Below, in pieces: positions 27,104-32,000 of a DNA stretch of 32,000 nucleotides; the first letter of the stretch is position 1; every line of letters begins with the position of its first letter. The position numbers and the translations under genes are program-made. The DNA lies in assembly GCA_025839675.1 (NCBI GenBank), contig CP104013.1, positions 5,100,001 through 5,132,000 on the forward strand. Reading direction: 5' to 3'. This stretch comes from Candidatus Lokiarchaeum ossiferum (GTDB taxonomy: Archaea > Asgardarchaeota > Lokiarchaeia > Sigyniarchaeales > Promethearchaeaceae). The notes beneath the pieces were generated by a model. The model made no database searches. It was not told where the DNA came from and saw only the letters and a list, made by a program, of their open reading frames with translations.

Positions 27104-28180
27104 TTATTCTTCTGTTGTGGGACTTTCTAACAATTTAAATGTCTTTAGATCGCAATCAATTTCAGCTTCAATACCTAAAGGAAGGATAAATTGTGGATCC
27201 GTGTGGCCAAAATCCATGTTAGTTATGATTGGGATTTCCGGATGATTAAATTCTTCTGCAATAATTCTTTTTAACATTTTATCGAGCTCTACTTTTTTCT
27301 CTGGTGAATAATCTCGAGCTCTCCCAAAGAGAATCCCTGAAATATGGTCAAAAATTCCTTGCATTCCATAATTTCGAATTATATAACCTATTTGTGAGAT
27401 TGTTGGGACATCTTCTGATGTTTCAAAGAAAAGAATCTTGTTACTCCATGAGTTTTGTGGCCAAAACAAGGTCCCTTTTAGAAATTCAAGCACCTCGATA
27501 CATCCTCCAAAGAGATTACCTTTGAATTTTCCCTTTCCTTGAACCCAGTGCCATTGATCTACATTTTCTTTCAAAGGGTTTGTTTTTCCAACATTATCCT
27601 CTTTTGCCCAATCAAGATATCCTTCGCACCATTGCGAGAACGGAAGGTAATTGTACGTCATTGGATTAGTAAATAAGATTGTCTTAATGTGATTTATAAA
27701 TTCTTTTGGCAACGATTCTAGCTGGGAGAAACCAGCCATAATTGAAGGCCCATTAAAGGTAACTAAACCCCATTGATTTATCAGAGTTAGAAATGTGGAA
27801 GAATCGGAATAACCCATAATAATTTTGGGATTATTAATTATTTTCTCTTTATTCAAATATGGTAAAATACGTACAGAATCTTCTCCGCCAATTGAGATGA
27901 AAATGGCCTTAATTTCAGAATTTTCAAAGGCTTTGTTTATATCTTCTGCTCTCAATTTTGGATTCTGATATAATTTATCTGCATTCATACAAGCAGTTGG
28001 ATATTCAATAGGAATCAACTTGAAATATTTTTCAATATTTTGTAATCCTTTTTTATAGACATGAGGAAAAATACTTGGACCTCCCCAAGATGGGGAAATA
28101 ATTGCAATTTTATCGTTAGGTTTTAAACGCTTCGGTTTTTTCATGAATATCACTATGTAGGATGCATCAATATATTTCAT
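27104..28180 (-). CDS. Peptidase S66 family (LD-carboxypeptidase / MccF-like serine peptidase)
   Basis: KIAIISPSWG, nucleophile motif MGYSDSSTFL, and C-terminal NMDFGHTDPQFILPLG (catalytic His region). The likely true start is ATG 28144 (MKKPKRLKPNDKIAIISP..). Confidence 0.85.
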   Translation of the reverse strand: MKYIDASYIVIFMKKPKRLKPNDKIAIISPSWGGPSIFPHVYKKGLQNIEKYFKLIPIEYPTACMNADKLYQNPKLRAEDINKAFENSEIKAIFISIGGEDSVRILPYLNKEKIINNPKIIMGYSDSSTFLTLINQWGLVTFNGPSIMAGFSQLESLPKEFINHIKTILFTNPMTYNYLPFSQWCEGYLDWAKEDNVGKTNPLKENVDQWHWVQGKGKFKGNLFGGCIEVLEFLKGTLFWPQNSWSNKILFFETSEDVPTISQIGYIIRNYGMQGIFDHISGILFGRARDYSPEKKVELDKMLKRIIAEEFNHPEIPIITNMDFGHTDPQFILPLGIEAEIDCDLKTFKLLESPTTEE

Positions 28181-28249
28181 TGAGCTGGAGAAGTATTTGA
28201 GTTTTTAGTTATTTTCAGAAAAAAGAAAATAGTATGTAGTGATACACAC

Positions 28250-28267
28250 TTTTTTTTATAAAAAAAA
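28250..28267. repeat. Perfect 18-bp palindrome T8-A-T-A8
   Basis: TTTTTTTTATAAAAAAAA reads identically on both strands. It lies 70-105 bp upstream of the S66 peptidase gene, at the edge of a 670-bp intergenic region. Candidate bidirectional TATA or oligo-T termination element. Confidence 0.5.
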
Positions 28268-28848
28268 GGATGTCCTGAAAAAACGTTTAGTTCAATATAT
28301 ATGAATGAATTTAGTTAAAAATTTAAATAAATCGCAAAAATAAGTCAATTCAAAGCAAATTACTCTTTTTACGATTTTTTATCTTAGGACGCCTTTCTAC
28401 TGGAGGATTGCTGAATAAAACAAAATATTTAATACACACTAAATTTACATACCTTTAAATACTATACACACCTTAATTATATCAGATACTCATAAATTAC
28501 ATTAAAAAATATTACGTGAAAATTATGATAAAAACACATTCAAAATCTGGAAAAATCGAAAATGCTTGGAGCATTGCCTCAAACCGAACCCAATATTATT
28601 AATTTTTTTAAACCTACATTAAAAAGAAGAGAAAATAAAACATGCTAAAATATCGCACTCACAAAAAAAAACATCAAAACCATAACAACGTTCTCTATCT
28701 CCGACAATATTATTAACCAATTCATAGAACTTTAGTCAGAAAGAAGAATCTTTTTTATATCATAAAAATTACATACAAAATATATACCGTTCACCTACGC
28801 AATACTCAAAAACAATTTCAATTCAAAAAACTTACAAACATTTACTGG

Positions 28849-29868
28849 ATGAAAAAAATGGCTCAATATGAACAAGAAGAAATAATTGCAGAATTAGATC
28901 GAACTATTGATTTAATTGATCAAGAATTAGACCAAATGGATGAAGAAATCGGTTCGATTCGTGGTTATGCACCTGATGCTGCTGAAAGCGCCGCGGATCG
29001 GGTTGAAGCTGCCCGAGAAAAACTCGAAGACGCCAAAGAAAAATTGAACAATACTCGAAATTTGCTAACAGAATTTTTAGAATCTGCCACATTCGCCGCA
29101 AATTTATACGATGAAAAAGAGCAAAACCCAGATCCTCAAACAATTTCTGAATATGAAAAATCTTATAGTAAAGCTGAACGTTTGAAAGGAAAACTTTTGA
29201 ATTGGATAAATAAAAGCACAATTTCTATTGAAAAAGCGCGAATTAATACCGAAAAAGCCCGATCAAAAGTTAAAATTGCGCGCATTAAAGCCAAAGTACG
29301 ATCTGATAAAGAACAAAATAAGAAAGTTCGCATCAATTTTACGCTTCCTGAAACAATGAAGAATGATTGGAGAAATTTAGCTGATGAACTCTCCATATCT
29401 GTAAGTCAAATGGTAAGAAATGCCATGGATGTCTATGAAAGATCTGTAAAGGGCTTAGAAGATTCTGGTGCTTTAGAATCATTACGTAATTTAGAAAAAA
29501 TGGGTGATAATATCGATGCCGCAGGAGAAAAATTAGATAATTTTCTGGAAAAGAAAATAAATCGTAAATTCGATCCTTATACTGGCAAACCTGTAAATAT
29601 TGCTGTTTCAGACCCACTTCCAAACAATTCTGAAGAAAAAGATAGGAAGAAAAAGCGAATCAAAGGTTTAATCATGATGCAGAAATGTTTGCCTGTTGAA
29701 AAATTAGCACAAACTCTGTCCATCCCTGAAAATGAAGCAGAAAATATAATTTACGAATTAGCTGCCGAAGGAATAGAATGCACCTTTGATGATGGGATCT
29801 GTAATTTTGACGCTAGCCAAACTGATAATATTATCAATATTCTTGATGCAGTAATTGACAAAATGTAA
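28849..29868 (+). CDS. Hypothetical coiled-coil protein with a central ribbon-helix-helix-like motif and a C-terminal winged-helix-like module
   Basis: 339 aa. The N-terminal ~160 aa are acidic/basic helical. VRINFTLPETMKNDWRNLADELSISVSQMVRNAMDVY fits the RHH (CopG/Arc) beta-alpha-alpha pattern. The C-terminal MQKCLPVEKLAQTLSIPENEAENIIYELAAEGIECTFDDGICNF resembles wHTH/PCI-like modules. Confidence 0.6.
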   Translation: MKKMAQYEQEEIIAELDRTIDLIDQELDQMDEEIGSIRGYAPDAAESAADRVEAAREKLEDAKEKLNNTRNLLTEFLESATFAANLYDEKEQNPDPQTISEYEKSYSKAERLKGKLLNWINKSTISIEKARINTEKARSKVKIARIKAKVRSDKEQNKKVRINFTLPETMKNDWRNLADELSISVSQMVRNAMDVYERSVKGLEDSGALESLRNLEKMGDNIDAAGEKLDNFLEKKINRKFDPYTGKPVNIAVSDPLPNNSEEKDRKKKRIKGLIMMQKCLPVEKLAQTLSIPENEAENIIYELAAEGIECTFDDGICNFDASQTDNIINILDAVIDKM

Positions 29869-29880
29869 TACGCATTTTTA

Positions 29881-30102
29881 TTATTCAGGGATTCTGGCTA
29901 GATATCCTTTGGGATAATGAATTTTTTTATCTGATTTTAATTCTGGTTCATTTCCTTGTCCAGATATATTAGAAATTTTTTTTTGAATGTGTTTGTTTTC
30001 GGATGAATTTTCTTCGCTCATTAGATTATTTAAAAATGCGACCGTATTTATATGCCAGAAAAACCCAACATGAGAAATGAGAAAAAAACATTTCAACATC
30101 AT
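29881..30102 (-). CDS. Possible small hypothetical protein (73 aa)
   Basis: ATG ORF 20 bp downstream of the 503-aa gene on the same strand. Hydrophobic N-terminus (MMLKCFFLISHVGFFW) followed by a polar tail. No motif recognised. Confidence 0.3.
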   Translation of the reverse strand: MMLKCFFLISHVGFFWHINTVAFLNNLMSEENSSENKHIQKKISNISGQGNEPELKSDKKIHYPKGYLARIPE

Positions 30103-30122
30103 AACAAAATTTGGAGAAGACT

Positions 30123-31634
30123 TTATTCATTCGATAAATTGGGAACTTCAACAATTTCTTCCAAAGAATCTTCAATTTTACTTATTGTTTTCTTTAAATC
30201 GTGACCAAACTCTACTTTTCCCAAGTTAATAGAGGTAAGAATTCGATCTGATCCTCCAATATCCACCAAGTTAATATAACCTTTTTCATAAATGCATAAA
30301 CATTTGGTCAAGCCAAACTCCTTATTAAATTTCTTTGTAATCATTTGACATATTGAAATTAGCGATGCACTCATATAAGAAAGATTTTCAAGTTGAGATT
30401 GAAGATTTTCTTTCATAGGTCGAAGTTTTAGTGTTTGTTTCTTTCTCTTCTCAGGATCTTCTTCAGACATTATTGCTTGGATTTGTAAAGCTTCTTCAAG
30501 ACTTCGACTTCGTGAAATTAATTTTCCAAATTCTTTTCCTCGGGATGAAACATATTTTTCGGGATAATTTTTTAAAGAAATAAAATTGATTTCAGTTTTT
30601 AACACACATTTCTCTGATTCAATCGTGAAATAGTAAAGCATCTCTAAATCAGCGCAAGAAATAACAATGCTTTCCGTGGGATTCACTGGAAATAAAATAT
30701 GTCGTAATTCTCCTAATTCTTTAATTACAGTAAATTGTTCTGCAAATATCCTTGGGCCTTCAATAGCCAGATTCAAAAAAGCGTCTGTCTGACTTGCATA
30801 ATTCATTTCCTGACCTGCTTTAAATCCAAAAAGTCCACTTTTACCTGTAGGTAATTTTAAGAGCTTGAAATAATCACTCAGCCATTTATTTTCCTCAGAT
30901 TTAAAATTTGAGAGATATTTTTCAAGTAATTTATAAATTTTTGATAATTCTGCTAAATTAACAAAGAATTTTCGCTCTCTAATTTCAAAAATTCGTGGTT
31001 CGCATAAATTAAAATGATTAAATAAGGGTTCTGGCCTTTTTAAGTTGTTTTTTTTCAAGAATTTTTTAACTAGGGTTAAATTTAGATTGATTGGAGTGTC
31101 TTGCTGATATAGAGTCTCTTGAATAATATCCGATTTTTTTTTATGAGGACGAGCTTTTTGATTTAATACTTCAACTAGCTGATTCCTTCCTTGTTTTGAG
31201 AGATAATCTATGTTTTGAGAAGAATTATCTCCAAAAATTTCCATCCACTCTTGATTATGATCGTTATCGAAAATGGGGACATGCAAATATCGAAAATATG
31301 TTGAAAAATCGAGTTTTGCCGATAGAAAGCGAATTAAATTAATTATTGCCTTTCTTCCTGGCTCTGAACGATAGTCAAAAATTCCAAAACTTTGGGGTAC
31401 ATGAAGAGCATTGCTATCCAATAAGTCTTGAATCAATTGTTGATATTCAATACCTTTTGGAGTTAATTTAAGTGAATCCCAATGAGAGTCGAAAGTTAAA
31501 AATCTCCAGCGTTTTAGTTCAGAAAGTGCACTAACTAAATCTCCATTCTTCGTTTTGGGTTTTAAATCGGGAAAAATTAACCGGTAATACCTAGGGCTGG
31601 AGTAAACAACAAATTCATTAACAGTTAGTGGCAT
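30123..31634 (-). CDS. Hypothetical protein (503 aa), no recognisable catalytic motif
   Basis: Long uninterrupted ORF with ordinary, non-repetitive composition. No P-loop, nuclease or methylase motif found by eye. Confidence 0.6.
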   Translation of the reverse strand: MPLTVNEFVVYSSPRYYRLIFPDLKPKTKNGDLVSALSELKRWRFLTFDSHWDSLKLTPKGIEYQQLIQDLLDSNALHVPQSFGIFDYRSEPGRKAIINLIRFLSAKLDFSTYFRYLHVPIFDNDHNQEWMEIFGDNSSQNIDYLSKQGRNQLVEVLNQKARPHKKKSDIIQETLYQQDTPINLNLTLVKKFLKKNNLKRPEPLFNHFNLCEPRIFEIRERKFFVNLAELSKIYKLLEKYLSNFKSEENKWLSDYFKLLKLPTGKSGLFGFKAGQEMNYASQTDAFLNLAIEGPRIFAEQFTVIKELGELRHILFPVNPTESIVISCADLEMLYYFTIESEKCVLKTEINFISLKNYPEKYVSSRGKEFGKLISRSRSLEEALQIQAIMSEEDPEKRKKQTLKLRPMKENLQSQLENLSYMSASLISICQMITKKFNKEFGLTKCLCIYEKGYINLVDIGGSDRILTSINLGKVEFGHDLKKTISKIEDSLEEIVEVPNLSNE

Positions 31635-31735
31635 AAATCGTCACTTAAGAGCAATTAAGGATTAAAATTAAGGCTTCTTTTTTTGAAATGGATTTGGTAT
31701 AATCGGGAAAAATAATGTGAAAAAAAAATATTAGA

Positions 31736-32000
31736 TCAATCGATAAATCCGATATATTCTAAGATTCCATTCAATGCTGTTTTAGAATCTGGATCTTCAG
31801 GATTATTTTTCAATTTTTTCTTCAAGAAGACGATTTGTCCTGCTTTTTGTTCAATTTCAATAATTAACGTTTTCCAATTTTCAAAATCATTAATTATGTT
31901 AGCAACAACTTCATCTTCCTCAAAACTAATTCTTTTAGATTTATTTTCCTCGTGTCGTCTCTGTTTTGAACCCTTCTGGTTTCTTCTTGGCCTTTGACTG
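31736..32000 (-). CDS. C-terminal part of a hypothetical protein; ORF continues beyond the window edge
   Basis: The minus-strand frame is open from 31999 to the stop at 31736-31738. It encodes ..RRNQKGSKQRRHEENKSKRISFEEDEVVANIINDFENWKTLIIEIEQKAGQIVFLKKKLKNNPEDPDSKTALNGILEYIGFID. It is absent from the ORF track because no start codon lies inside the window. Confidence 0.45.
   Translation of the reverse strand, partial: SQRPRRNQKGSKQRRHEENKSKRISFEEDEVVANIINDFENWKTLIIEIEQKAGQIVFLKKKLKNNPEDPDSKTALNGILEYIGFID

Noticed and set aside
28525-28716. Two mini-ORFs (28525-28602, 25 aa; 28642-28716, 24 aa), both ending ..QYY-stop
   Set aside because: They are too short and lack supporting signals. The shared ending is explained by the direct repeat CAATATTATTAA at the DNA level, which is reported under the intergenic-region finding.

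Overview
The window is AT-rich (roughly one-third G+C by eye) and gene-dense, with about 33 protein genes and one tRNA. No introns, CRISPR array, rRNA or recognisable IS element or prophage were seen. The content points to an Asgard (Lokiarchaeia-like) archaeal chromosome. The main evidence is a bona fide eukaryote-type tubulin homologue (13564-14835, minus strand) and a profilin-like protein (2460-2837). Supporting evidence is an archaeal-type phosphoglycerate kinase and TATA-like boxes about 25-30 bp upstream of ATGs, which suggests leaderless mRNAs. Confidently assigned housekeeping and accessory genes are:
- an ABC ATPase with a minimal FtsX-like permease
- a class I/II aminotransferase
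- a translationally coupled MaoC/hotdog dehydratase pair
- a type I (bacterial/eukaryotic-type) GAPDH next to pgk
- a solitary CheR
- a NifU-like protein
- a hemolysin-III/PAQR protein
- tRNA-Val(GAC) with encoded CCA
- a CPBP intramembrane protease
- two hybrid histidine kinases with opposite domain order
- LarB
- a solitary SPPY DNA methyltransferase
- a Y-family DNA polymerase
- a flavodoxin-like protein
- an S66 LD-carboxypeptidase/MccF-like peptidase
The unexplained material worth follow-up is:
- the tubulin, which has remodelled GTP-binding loops and no adjacent partner gene
- a tandem pair of tail-anchored, extremely charged helical proteins convergent with the profilin gene
- a lipoyl-less E2-like acyltransferase with the catalytic His replaced by Glu and a poly-basic tail
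- a gene-sparse stretch around the tRNA that contains a compositionally atypical gene fragment
- an uncharacterised block at 28.2-32.0 kb, made up of a 670-bp G-depleted intergenic region, a coiled-coil/RHH/winged-helix protein, a 503-aa orphan and a partial ORF
I cannot show that any of these forms a new multi-gene system. Those ideas are marked as inference. All homology statements come from reading motifs by eye. No database search was run.
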